From contig CDRNVI010000083.1 of assembly GCA_977017575.1 (NCBI GenBank), forward strand, positions 248,001-312,000: 64,000 nt of DNA. Reading direction: 5' to 3'. Both the position numbers and the translations under genes were made by a program. Every line of letters starts with the position of its first letter. The stretch's first letter is position 1. Source of the stretch: Paramoeba atlantica. Its lineage: Eukaryota > Protista > Discosea. Below, one piece after another: positions 1-10,684 of this stretch. The notes under the pieces were generated by a model that did no database searches, was not told the DNA's origin, and saw only the letters and a program-made list of their open reading frames with translations.

Positions 1-780
1 TTTGTAGCTACTCACTTTCTTGAAGTCGATAAGGAAGCTCACATATTTGAATGTCAGAAGTGCTCTGGTCCAGACAAAAGGCGTTTTGCTTGCGAAAAGG
101 GCATCCGAGTTTCGTACGCAGCTGCTTTGACACATCTCATTAAAAATCATAGCTTGACGTACGTATGAAGAGTGGCTTCATACAACACAGCAACGGAAGC
201 GGTCTGAGCAAGGCACCCTGGTAGCATTCACTGTGCGGCCACAGCTCCAGGAATTTGAACGGCTTCTTCTTTGGAAGTGTGATCACGGTATTCCTAACGC
301 TGCTATTCAGGATCCGAATTTCAAATCGATAGTAACGAAAGGGCTTCGTTGCGTTCCAGGGGAAAATACCATAAATGATTTGACCTTGGACCTAAAGGAC
401 AAGTGTCGCTCCGAAATTTGTTCACATCTTCGCGGTCGATTTGTCAGCCTCGCAGTCGACTCCGGAGCGATACATCGAAGAACAACCTCTGCAGTATGCG
501 TTCTGTCAGAAGGCCCTGGAATGCAGTTGAGATGAATGATGGGTGCACATCCGAGGCGTATAAGAGGGCTGAAACTAGAGATTTACGATCCCGGCCGATC
601 CCACCGGTCCTGGTTGAATTTATATGGAAGAAAAGACTTGGTGAAAACGCGAGTTCTAGAAATTCAACGAAAGAAATAGCGACCACTTTTTTTACAGAAA
701 CTCATTCAATTGTTAAAAATCAAAAACAATGTTAACATGAAGGTAGGAGAAACTAAACAAACATTTACTATTAAACCCAG
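1..780 (+). pseudogene. hAT-superfamily transposase, 5' remnant (BED zinc finger + start of catalytic domain), disrupted
   Basis: Frame 1 from base 1 reads ..FECQKC..LTHLIKNH (BED-type C2H2) and then stops. ORF 233-535 has GIPNAAIQDPNFKSIV and FVSLAVDSG, resembling the hAT region around the first catalytic Asp. Confidence 0.6.
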
Positions 781-982
781 ATTGAAAGGGGCGAGGGAGA
801 TACGAAGCAACAGGCGTGGCAGATTCCCACTGAAAAGAAATGGTATCTCCCCGCACGAGAAAAGCCTTTGTGCTTTCTAGCTCGGAGACAAACTTCGTGC
901 GGGAGATACCATTTCTTTTCAGTGGGAATCTGCCACGCCTGTTGCTTCGTATCTCCCTCGCCCCTTTCAATCTGGGTTATAC

Positions 983-1545
983 GGCGGGCCGTTCGAGGCG
1001 GTGCAGACCCGCTGGCGCGGGGAGTGCTTTACCTCGTGACAAGTAATCTTGAAGGAAACAAGCTTCTGAAATCTTTTTTTTGAGGGGCCCGCCCGGCGGG
1101 CCCTTCGAGGCGGTGCAGACCCGCTGGCGCGGGGAGTGCTTTACCTCGTGACAAGTAATCTTGAAGGAAACAAGCTTCTGAAATCTTTTTTTTGAAGGGC
1201 CCGCCCGGCGGGCCGTTCGAGGCGGTGCAGACCCGCTGGCGCGGGGAGTGCTTTACCTCGTGACAAGTAATCTTGAAGGAAACAAGCTTCTGAAATCTTT
1301 TTTTTGAAGGGCCCGCCCGGCGGGCCCTTCGAGGCGGTGCAGACCCGCTGGCGCGGGGAGTGCTTTACCTCGTGACAAGTAATCTTGAAGGAAACAAGCT
1401 TCTGAAATCTTTTTTTTGAAGGGCCCGCCCGGCGGGACCTTCGAGGCGGTGCAGACCCGCTGGCGCGGGGAGTGCTTTACCTCGTGACAAGTAATCTTGA
1501 AGGAAACAAGCTTCTGAAATCTTTTTTTTGAGGGGCCCGCCCGGC
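983..1545 (+). repeat. Tandem array of 5 x 112-bp near-identical units, each ending in a T7-8 tract and a GC hairpin; candidate small-RNA gene array
   Basis: TTCGAGGCGGTGCAG recurs at 992, 1104, 1216, 1328 and 1440. Each unit contains AATCTTGAAGGAAACAAGCTTC, then poly-T, then GGGCCCGCC-C-GGCGGGCCC. Confidence 0.9.
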
Positions 1546-1890
1546 TAACATTTTGCCTCTGGGAGGTCTATGTTCGAGTCTACTTACGTCTTGTTTATGT
1601 TAAGCATTGAGCCCTTTATGTTGTACTTTAATAATGCAAAAGTGCACCTATGGGCACGTTCACTGGCTCAGTGAGACGGAACCGAGGTTCCCCCAACACT
1701 TACACCAGGTCGTGCATACGGAACATTTCGTTCGTTGACAGTTCTTTATGTATCTCTGCTTGGTTAGCCAACAGGCATTAAGCTCAGACGCCACGTCAAG
1801 GCGAGAGATAATTGTCTGAGGACCCTCTTCTCACGAAGAAGGTATTCAAAATGAATGTGATTTTCGTATCAATTTACTCTAATTTTTTTT

Positions 1891-3170
1891 CTATTTTCCA
1901 CTGTACATTTCTTGTTCCACTGTATTTCTTGTTCTTCGCTCTTTTGCCCATACCGCTTCTACCGATTCCCGGCTGACGATCTGAGCAAGTTCCGTACGAG
2001 ACAGTTCAGGAGGTGTTTCGAGACCTGGAGTTGCGCACTGAATCATCCAACGGCAAACGAATAAAGCACAGTCATTGGTGCCATCATCTTGCACCAAGGT
2101 TGAGCCCTGTATAATCTCCCGCAACAGTTTGCACATCTAAGAGCACTTCAGTTCTTCTCCTCGGATTGTGGTTAGGCAGGGAATCGAACCAAAGTAACTT
2201 TCCGCCTTCTTTATTTTCATGCGGTACGATAACACATAGAGCGAAGTGTTGATTGAAAAAGAATGGAACGGCAGTGCGGTCAGCCAAGAAAATTCTTGTT
2301 CTTATTTCTGCCGGTAAATCCCCTACTGATGTGGCATATCTCTTAAAAATCGTAGTTGCCACAGAACTATCCAATACTTGATATCTTTCAGACGGGCTTG
2401 AAAGTACTGAACCTAAAGTGTTTATAACTGTGTCCGGTATAAATTGTCCAGGTTGTGTCCACTGATTGTCTTGCGTCCGATCTTTTAACTGGGGTCGCGT
2501 GTAAGTTTCACTTTCGCGCGACATAGGGTATTCCCCCTTTCTTTGCAGTTTCTTTTTCTTAGATGGCGGAGGGCAACGGTACAGAGTTTTTTCAGGTACG
2601 TATTTTTCATTGCCTTCCTTCTGCGTCATACGTTTCACGAATTTCGAAACGTCGGCGTTGGGTCGCAAGTTTTCCAAGTAGCTAAAGCCTCCATCACTTC
2701 TTTCAGGGAGTAACCAAAGTTGACTCACACTTTTTACTCTTGAGAGGGCCACGTACACCGAGGCATGACATAACATCTTGCTGTGATAGCATGTTGGTCT
2801 GCGGTTCAAGTCTGTGCAGACATTTTCTGTAAGAGTAGCTCCCTGTACTTTGTGAATGGTGTAAGAGACCCAATTTCAAGCTCATCATCAATATCACTTT
2901 TTCGAAATTCAGCCGAAAGATTTCCGTCTACTGTTGAGGCCGAGATGCCAGCTATTGAGAAGGCTGTGCAATCCAAAATTTTACCAGGCCTTCCATTTTC
3001 TTTAATGTATGAGCTTAATTCTTCTTTGGTCTTCTCGTTCTTTACAATGATTTCATCTTCAATCATTAGCGTACCATTCACTAGTCGCCTCTGCGGGCAT
3101 AGGTTGACTAGGCACATCACGGGTTTCCCAGGAACAGAAAGGCCAGCTGGCCACTTTTCGACGAAGCACA
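1891..3170 (-). pseudogene. Helitron-like PIF1 helicase C-terminal fragments fused to a Ulp1/C48-like cysteine protease, disrupted
   Basis: PVMCLVNLCPQRRLVNGT (PIF1 2B-like) lies in ORF 2806-3369. YVALSRVKS (PIF1 motif VI) lies in ORF 2084-2809, followed by NQHFALCV..LLWFDSL. QDDGTNDCALFV lies in ORF 1891-2136. Together these give the H/D/Q/C residues of C48 peptidases. Confidence 0.65.
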
Positions 3171-3184
3171 AACCGTGTTTTTGG

Positions 3185-3448
3185 TGGCCAGCTGGCCACC
3201 CTTCCACAACATGGCCAGCTCGCCACCCTTCCACAACATGGCCAGCTGGCCACCCTTCCACAACATGGCCAGCTGGCCACCCTTCCACAACATGGCCAGC
3301 TGGCCACCCTTCCACAACATGGCCAGCTGGCCACCCTTCCACAACATGGCCAGCTGGCCACCCTTCCACAAATTGGCTACTTCTAAAGCATGGTCACTTC
3401 CACAACATGGCCAGCTGGCCACCCTTCCACAACATGGCCAGCTGGCCA
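3185..3448. repeat. 27-bp minisatellite (about 9 units), each with the perfect 14-bp palindrome TGGCCAGCTGGCCA
   Basis: Unit TGGCCAGCTGGCCACCCTTCCACAACA is read directly from the sequence. Confidence 0.95.
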
Positions 3449-3496
3449 CTCTTCCACAACACTCTCCCACCCCCGTGGGACTCACTCAGTGGACTC

Positions 3497-4555
3497 ACTC
3501 AACGTGAGTCATTGCCCCACGTGGCAGTGCTCTGACCCTCTCACGTGCCACTGTAGGTACAGTGCCGATGCAGTCACTGCCTCACGTGGTAGTACTCTCA
3601 CTCTCTCACGTGCTACTGCAGCTGCACTGCATCACTGCAGTCACTGCCTCACGTGGCATTGCCTCTCACTCTGCCACTGTATCTACACTGCAGTCACTGC
3701 CTCACGTGGCAGTACTCTCACTCTCTCACGTGCTACTGCAGCTACACTGCAGTCACTGCCTCACGTGGCACTACTCTTACTCTCGCACGTGCCACTGCAG
3801 CTACACTGCATCACTGCCTCACGTGGCACTACTCTTACTCTCGCACGTGCCACTGTAGGTACAGTGCCGATGCAGTCACTGCCTCACGTGGCAGTACTCT
3901 CACTCTCTCACGTGCTACTGCAGCTACACTGCAGTCACTGCCTCACGTGGCAGTACTCTCACTCTCTCACGTGCTACTGCAGCTGCACTGCATCACTGCA
4001 GTCACTGCCTCACGTGGCACTGCCTGTCACTCTGCCACTGTATCTACACTGCAATCACTGCCTCACGTGGCAGCACACTTACTCTCTCACGTGCTACTGC
4101 AGCTGCACTGCATCACTGCAGTCACTGCCTCACGTGGCAGTAATCTTACTCTCTCACGTGCCACTGTAGCTACACTGCAGTCACTGCCTCACGTGGCACT
4201 ACTCTTACTCTCGCACGTGCCACTGCAGCTACACTGCATCACTGCCTCACGGGGCACTGCTCTCACTCTCTCACGTGCCACTGTAGGTACAGTGCCGATG
4301 CAGTCACTGCCTCACGTGGCAGTACTCTCACTCTCTCACGTGCTACTGCAGCTACACTGCAGTCACTGCCTCACGTGGCAGTACTCTCACTCTCTCACGT
4401 GCCACTGCAGCTACACTGCATCACTGCAGTCACTGCCTCACATGGCAGTGCACTTGCTCTGGCACGTGCCACTGCAGCTGCACTGCATCACTGTGCAATC
4501 ACTGCCTCACGTGGCACTGCTCTCACTCTCTCAAGGGCCACTGTAGCTACACACT
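3497..4555. repeat. Complex minisatellite of about 60-68-bp units built from CACTG sub-repeats, with two CACGTG motifs per unit
   Basis: CAGTCACTGCCTCACGTGGCAGTACTCTCACTCTCTCACGTGCTACTGCAGCTACACTG recurs with variants. Confidence 0.9.
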
Positions 4556-4594
4556 GTACCACTCGGACCTGCACATTATTTTTCTCTCTATATA

Positions 4595-6152
4595 CAGGGG
4601 TGAAAATCCCATGGTGGTGGGGGTCTAAAATTCGTAAAATTTGTCCAATTTTGGAAAATAATAGCGCGTTCGAGAGCTCTCGCAGAGTTGTATGTTTTAA
4701 GATAGGCAGTTTGCGGGGGTTAGGGGGGTACCCCCCTTTGATGGAAGGGTCAAAAACACGATTTGCAAATTTGAAAAACTGTAAAAAATGGTCAAAAATT
4801 ACCCTTAATACCCACAGGAAGACCCGTTTCGCTCAATAACGATGCGACAACGCTTGCGGAAACTGCTCATCGTGTTAATACATTCTTGCTTGCGTTCTGA
4901 TTGTAATCTTTCGAACGCTGTCTCAATGGCCGATACTAATTCAGCCCGATTCTTGGGTCGAAGATCATTTTTGATCCTGTCCATGGTCCCCCAAAGGTTT
5001 TCAATGGTGTTTAAATCGGGGGATTTTGCAGGCCAAGAGAGTACATTAATACCTTCGTTGCGAAAGGTTGTTCGCGCAGAATTATGAACAGGACATTTAT
5101 CCATTGCAACGACCCCAGATGGGTGGCGCCTCAAATAATTTAAAAGTCCTTTGCGCTTCTTCATGGCGTCATTGAAAACATCCCCTGTTACAGTTACTTT
5201 TCGGCCGGAAGGGTCGTGGGAGGGAAAAATGTGTAGATGAAATCCATGATTTAAACTGACCCCCATCCACACCATGACGCCGTTCCCTCCATACCAAGGT
5301 TCTAGCTCTCCCTGCTGTTCCTTGGCGGGGTCAGTCTTCCGGCAAAGGTAAGTAATTTTGTTTCGTCCCCTACCGCAAGTGAACTTCTTCTCATCGCAGA
5401 AAACAATTTGTCTCAGTTGGGTATCTGACCAAGTGAGCATCTCAGAACAAAAATGCACTCGTTTCCTCTTGTGTTCATCGGTCAGTGCGGGCTTTCTTTT
5501 TAAAGTTCGCATGATCATACCATGGCTCTTCATGGCGTTAACCAAAGTTGGTCTTGAACACTGAAATCCAAGAGAAAGCACAACTCTATGGAGTGCACAC
5601 CAGTTCTCAATCCCGTACGGGAGGTCACGGTATCCCTCATCAATGAGGCGGATAGCTGCTTCGTGCAGCGCAGGGGTACTGACAGGAGATGGGCGTGAAA
5701 TAGGAGAGCTTTCCACGTCTCCAGTGTTCTCATAGCGTATCACAATACGTTTTGCTGTATTTTCGTGGACGCCGAAGTTTTGGGCTGTCCGAGAATAGGA
5801 CCCTGTCTCAAGATAATCTGAGACAAGAAGCATACGGTGACTTGGTATCACCCGTGCGGGGGAGGAATAGGACCTGTCGCTGAGTACACCACGTGAGGTT
5901 CGGGAACGAATCCGTTTCTGGGGCATATAGTGCTAATATTGACTGAAAAACAGCTAAAAACTGAAAAAATGTAAATTTGGGCAAGAAAAAAAATCATGAT
6001 TTTTTTGTCTCATCGTTTCATGTTGAGTCACAGGCCGCAAATAGTGCTAAAACATACAACTTTGTGAGAGCTCTCGAATGCGCTATTACTTTCCAAAATT
6101 GGATAATTTTTACGAATTTTAGACCCCCCCCACCACGAGGTTTTCACCCCTG
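4595..6152 (-). mobile_element. Full-length Tc1/mariner DNA transposon with about 110-bp imperfect TIRs and a TA target duplication
   Basis: The left end is TA|CAGGGGTGAAAA (4595) and the right end is TTTTCACCCCTG|TA (6152). The arms match further inward (GTCTAAAATTCGTAAAA, TTCGAGAGCTCTC, GTTGTATGTTTTA). Confidence 0.93.
4805..5926 (-). CDS. Tc1-like DDE transposase, 373 aa, open and apparently intact
   Basis: N-terminal HTH region, FCDEKKF (D1), MDKCPVHN (D2), WPAKSPDLNTIENLW (E), and C-terminal CRIVIERNG. Confidence 0.93.
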   Translation of the reverse strand: MPQKRIRSRTSRGVLSDRSYSSPARVIPSHRMLLVSDYLETGSYSRTAQNFGVHENTAKRIVIRYENTGDVESSPISRPSPVSTPALHEAAIRLIDEGYRDLPYGIENWCALHRVVLSLGFQCSRPTLVNAMKSHGMIMRTLKRKPALTDEHKRKRVHFCSEMLTWSDTQLRQIVFCDEKKFTCGRGRNKITYLCRKTDPAKEQQGELEPWYGGNGVMVWMGVSLNHGFHLHIFPSHDPSGRKVTVTGDVFNDAMKKRKGLLNYLRRHPSGVVAMDKCPVHNSARTTFRNEGINVLSWPAKSPDLNTIENLWGTMDRIKNDLRPKNRAELVSAIETAFERLQSERKQECINTMSSFRKRCRIVIERNGSSCGY

Positions 6153-6285
6153 TATATACAAAATGCAAACCGTGTTTTTGGTGGCCAGCTGGCCACTTTT
6201 TTCAAGAAAAAAAAATCTGGAAAAAAAATCGTTCCGAATTTGTTTTTTTCGCGATTTTGAGCATATAAATTTTTTTGTTCAAAAA

Positions 6286-6357
6286 TGTCGATGCCGGGAA
6301 TCGAACCGCGGACATCCAGCGTCAAAATGGAACCCCTTTACCAACTGGACTACTCAA
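6286..6357 (-). pseudogene. Degenerate tRNA-like sequence (tRNA pseudogene or SINE head; possibly Gln-TTG derived)
   Basis: The minus strand has A-box-like TAGTCCAGTTGGTA and T-arm GCGGTTCGATTCCCG. The anticodon and acceptor stems are imperfect. Confidence 0.55.
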
Positions 6358-6904
6358 AGGACTCTCCTTAGTCAACCAGTTTGTCGTATCGCAGACCTTT
6401 GCAGACGCACTTTTTTTACCAAAAGTGTTCTACAATTTGGGAAATGAGGTCGTTGTAGATGATTTTTCGAGTATTAAAGAGTTCATCTAATGAGCTACTG
6501 CTACGTTTTAAAATTTTGAAAAAACTCGATCTCTCGCTTCTTTGAGGGGCATTTTCAAGTTTTGGAATTAACCTTAGTAAGCGAGTTAGATACTCCGTAT
6601 CTCCCTCAATAGAAAGCCCCTATACATTTTTGTTTCTCCTATATACATAGGATAGAAAGTTTTGTTTCTCTTCTTTCGCTCTTTTTGACTTGAGTGGAAA
6701 TCTCTTCTGCGTGTATCCTTTGCCGTCTGATTCTTTTGCTTTAGCTGAGCGTTCGTTGATTTAAAGTACGTCCTCTGTGACTTTGACCCCTGCGCAGAAC
6801 ATTTTCCTATCCGACCAACGCCTTTTAAAAAGGCGTTACCAAAACATTTTTTTGGTAACGCCTTTTGAGGGGTTGAAGAAGTTCATCCAATTGGTAAAAC
6901 CTCT

Positions 6905-8165
6905 GACGCACGCGAAGCAGGTTGTCACGAGAACACGTTGCGAAGCGTTGGATTCAGCGATACGAGGAGACAAGAGACGTGGATAATACAGTGCGGGATT
7001 TTATTACGGGACACGTTAATTACGGGACAACTCAATTACGGGACACTTAATTAAGGGACACTTGGGCCTTGGGAGTGAGTTTCGCTCCCACTGCCTGGAG
7101 CGAAGCGCGGTGGATCGGGCTAGACCGGCGTATTCTCAGCAAAACAGTTTTACACGCCCAAATAAGCGGTGTATAAAGATAACAAAAAATATAATAACAG
7201 AGCCTGCAGTACAATCACTCACCACATTTCACAGATCATGTCACAGATCAAAGCTAAGGGACACTTAATTACGGGACACTTTTGACCAGAAAGGGGGTGT
7301 CTCTTAATTAAGGTGTCCCGTAATAGAGTTCCGCACTGTAACCCGGACAATAAGTTCGGGTTATTGTCAATAACCCTCATTGATGAAGGTACGCGAGATT
7401 TGCCTTACGCAATTCCGCCATGGTCGAACCTCGTGTCAACCCCCCTTCAGTCCGAAAAGTTTTATTGTTACTGCTCTATCACGCGCACTTTAAAGCGTGA
7501 AGGCATCATTTTGCGCACTGTCCCCCGTCATCCAGCTCTTACGGCTGCCCACAAGCAGAAACGAATTGAGCTGTGCCGCGAGCTGTCGGAGTGGACCCCT
7601 CATGATCTCGAGTCCATTATTTAGACGGACCAGAAGAAGTTTACTTGCGGGGGGCGACAAAAGATTACCTACCTTTGCCGCAAAGCTGATCCCCCTAAAG
7701 AGCACCTAAGAGAGCAGGAAAAGTGGCGTGGAGGTGATGGCATTATGGTGTGGATGGGGGTGAGTATAAAATACGGTATCTTTTTCCACGAATTTCCTAA
7801 CAAAGATGATCACGGAAATAAAATATCGGTAAACGGGGATGCAGTTAAAAACGCTATGCTAAAAAGAAATGGATTTTTTTAATTTTTTTTGAAGAGAGAT
7901 TCAGGCGCTGTTGTGGTGATGGATAATTGTCCTATCCACAATACTGCACGTCGTCATTTTGATGAAAATAGTCACAATGCTAGCTTGCCGCCCTAAATTT
8001 CTTGATCTCAACCCCTTCGAAAATATTTGGGGACAAATTGAATCACACAAAAATACTAAATGTCCCAAAAATAGGGGGGAATTGCGTGATGCAATACATT
8101 CAGGGATTGAATTGTTGAAAGTGCTTTGTTGAAGGACTTTCCCCCCTCTAAACGCCCGCACTGTT
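6905..8165 (+). pseudogene. Decayed second Tc1 transposase related to the 4805-5926 protein, split by a MITE
   Basis: HENT/AKRWIQRYEETRDV precedes the MITE. LIDEGTRDLPY, HPALTAAHKQKRIELC, TDQKKFTCG, GIMVWMGVS, MDNCPIHN and DLNPFEN follow it. All parallel the intact copy, with stops and frameshifts. Confidence 0.85.
6989..7338. mobile_element. 350-bp Tc1-type MITE with 26-bp TIRs and TA duplication
   Basis: TA|CAGTGCGGGATTTTATTACGGGACAC ... GTGTCCCGTAATAGAGTTCCGCACTG|TA, with subterminal TTAATTACGGGACAC repeats. Confidence 0.88.
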
Positions 8166-8442
8166 CTGTTTAACAAGTAAAGTACTACTTAAGTATTACT
8201 TAACAAACAAAGTTGATACGAGAAAAGTTGTAGATACGATCATTGTCGTTTTGGTATCGTTCTCCATGTTTTGGGGGCTCTTCGCTAAACGCGGCGGTAG
8301 TTTTCAAGGCGAAGCGCGCAGCAGTGGTGTCATTGTAATTTAAAAAGAATAAAAAGTGATAGAAAAAAAGGTCGAAGTAGCAAAAACTACAGTATCTTAA
8401 GAAGCTACTCAAGCGCCGATCCCGACCGATCCCACCTGATAA

Positions 8443-9290
8443 GTGACAGGGTCCTCCAGGTTTCAGCCCTCTAAATCTCTTCTTTCTGCAGTTGTTTCTG
8501 GTCTGAAGTCGAAAAATATATTTGTGGTACATATCGTGTCCGATGCAGGTTTCGCCATAAAGAAAGCAGTCCGCGAATTCACAAAGTCCCAGAACATTGG
8601 CAGTGTATGTGCCGCTCATGCTTTGCAGCTTGCAATGGAGAAATTATTCAAGCTGGGGAACAAAGATTATATTCTACAAATTGCAGCCGGTTCTCCAAAT
8701 TGGCGGGCCCCTGTGCCTACCGGGTGGTGGTCTACCATCGTCGAGGTACAAAAGGCACTGAAGTGTAGAGTGTATGGGAGGATTATCACCTAAAAGGGGT
8801 TTTGCAACAATGGATAAAACAGTTTGAGATCTACCAGGCTGCAGGAAGATTGATAGAGAGAGATGACTGCAACTTAGCGAGTGCACTTCGGCTACGGTTG
8901 GCACTTGAGGCCAAGGCAGGGGAGTCGCACAAAGTTTATCTCGACGACCGCTTCATGCGTTTTCTTTCTTCTGCTCACCTGCTATGCGGGGCATTGTCAC
9001 CCGTGGTAAAGTGGAATTCGGTGACTACTGTGGTCAAAAAGCGTCTCCGCGACGTATGCGTTCCTGTCATAACTTCTTTATGCTCTGAAAAGGATAATGC
9101 CATCCACCATCACATTTGGGATAAGTTTAACGGGTGGGTTAGTGGAAACTGGTTGCAGGAAGAGCACGATGCGGTTCGCACCGTGCGGGGGAAAAGCGCT
9201 TTCGCTACGTTTTGGGAAGACCTTGTCGTAAGTGACCAGTTCCCGATTCTTTCCCTTTCAGCCCGAAAGTTAGTTTTTATAGTACTATAC
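8443..9290 (+). pseudogene. hAT transposase central/C-terminal remnant
   Basis: IVSDAG, CAAHALQL (CxxH motif), PTGWWST (TRWNS-like) and FWEDL..FPILSLSARKL (dimerisation-domain-like), spread over two frames. Confidence 0.75.
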
Positions 9291-9452
9291 TGTATAGTTT
9301 TTATAGTACTATAAACGGGGTTTATAGTACTATAAAAACTAACTTTCGGGCTGAAAGGGAAAGAAGCGGGAACTGGTCACTTACGACAAGGTCTTCCCAA
9401 AACGTAGCGAAAGCGTTTTTCCCCCGCACGGTGCGAACCGCATTGTGCTCTT
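9160..9452. repeat. Fold-back inverted duplication (about 130-bp arms) truncating the hAT remnant
   Basis: 9160-9290 is near-perfectly reverse-complemented at about 9321-9452. The centre holds repeated TATAGTACTATA palindromes. Confidence 0.92.
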
Positions 9453-9840
9453 ATGTGGGGTAGACAAATAATAATAATAATAAAGATCGTTTTTTGTTTT
9501 TGAAAAAGTGTGCAAACTTCGTTCAATTCCACCGAAAAGTCAATAGAAATTCTATTGACTGAAATTACTCTATTATAGAATAACCGAATTTGGTTAATAA
9601 AAGATCAATTTTTTTTTTTAAAATTAAGTAAAGGCGGAGAAAAATTAAAAAAAATGGGGTACATTTTCACCATACCCCAATTTTTTTCTCCACTTCGCCC
9701 CCCCCCCTAAAAAAAAAAGATCGCCCCCAAAAAAATTTCCCCCATTTTTTTTGTTTACATTAAAGGGGGAGGTCACAGTATTCTTTCTATTCGGAAAATT
9801 CACAAAAAGAACACACAACCAATTTTCTTAATGTAAAGAG

Positions 9841-10296
9841 CTATTTTCGCTTTTTATCCTTCGTATTCGGCATCCAAGTAGAGGGCGGAGCGTTTTCCCA
9901 AACGGCCCTTCCCTCCTTCATTTGATTCCTCAGCAGTACAAGAAAATCTCCCTTGCTCAATATATCAGAAAGGCTATAAGATTTTTTACCTGCCACTTCA
10001 TCAAAGGATTTTAAAAGAACCCTTACTCGACCACGCAAAACTAACACTGGACTCTTGCCTTGGCTTCGGGGGTAGAACTTCGAAATCTCCAAGAGACATG
10101 GCAATCCTAGATTTTCGCAGACTTTCATAATCTCTAGAACGGTAGGTTTTTCTAATGCTTGATGAATTGCAATTCGTCTTCCCTGACTTCGAGACAAGGC
10201 CGCGTTCAAAAAATGAGGATAAATAATTTGATAATCCTTAATATTAGGAGGAGGAGTCACTTTTCGCTGATACCGCTCAAGATCAGAATCATCCAT
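9841..10296 (-). CDS. SRP19: Signal recognition particle 19 kDa protein (intronless, 151 aa)
   Basis: IIYPHFLNAALSRSQGRRI..EKPTVLEIMKVCENLGL..KFYPR..RGRVRV matches the SRP19 signature (IYP..LD...SR..GRR; PT..EI; YPR; GRVRV). Confidence 0.9.
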   Translation of the reverse strand: MDDSDLERYQRKVTPPPNIKDYQIIYPHFLNAALSRSQGRRIAIHQALEKPTVLEIMKVCENLGLPCLLEISKFYPRSQGKSPVLVLRGRVRVLLKSFDEVAGKKSYSLSDILSKGDFLVLLRNQMKEGRAVWENAPPSTWMPNTKDKKRK

Positions 10297-10684
10297 GCGG
10301 ATAAAAATTACTTAAGAAATGGGTGTTGCGAAATATTCAAACAAGGGAGATACGTGAGTTTCACCTCGCCGTTGTGTAAAGGGTGAATTGTCGTTGTGTA
10401 AAGGGTGAAAATATATACCGTATAGTATACGGTATACTATACTGGGCGGGGGGTATACTATACCCCCCGCCCGGTAAGGTATCCCCCAGTAGGAGAGATT
10501 TGGCCCTTTTTGGGATGACTCCCAGTAAGAGAGATTTGGCTCGGGAGCCCAACAGGAGGCGTATAGGGCATAGGGGGTGAGTGTCCGCATGTCGGGAACC
10601 TCGGGGGTAACCCAAATAAAACTCCCGCACACTTATTTTTTCGCCCCCATTTTCCGGAATAATAAGTGTTTCCGGAATAGTAAG

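Noticed and set aside
2176-2192. tRNA B-box-like GGTTCGATTCCC on the minus strand
   Set aside because: It coincides with the WFDSLP codons of the protease motif, and there is no A-box or cloverleaf.
3059-4546. Cys/His-rich and WPAGH-repeat ORFs
   Set aside because: These are translations of minisatellites open in several overlapping frames, with no independent coding evidence.
10420-10475. Two short adjacent palindromes (TATACCGTATAGTATACGGTATA; GGGCGGGGGGTATACTATACCCCCCGCCC)
   Set aside because: They are real but short and isolated, and no function or element boundary could be supported.
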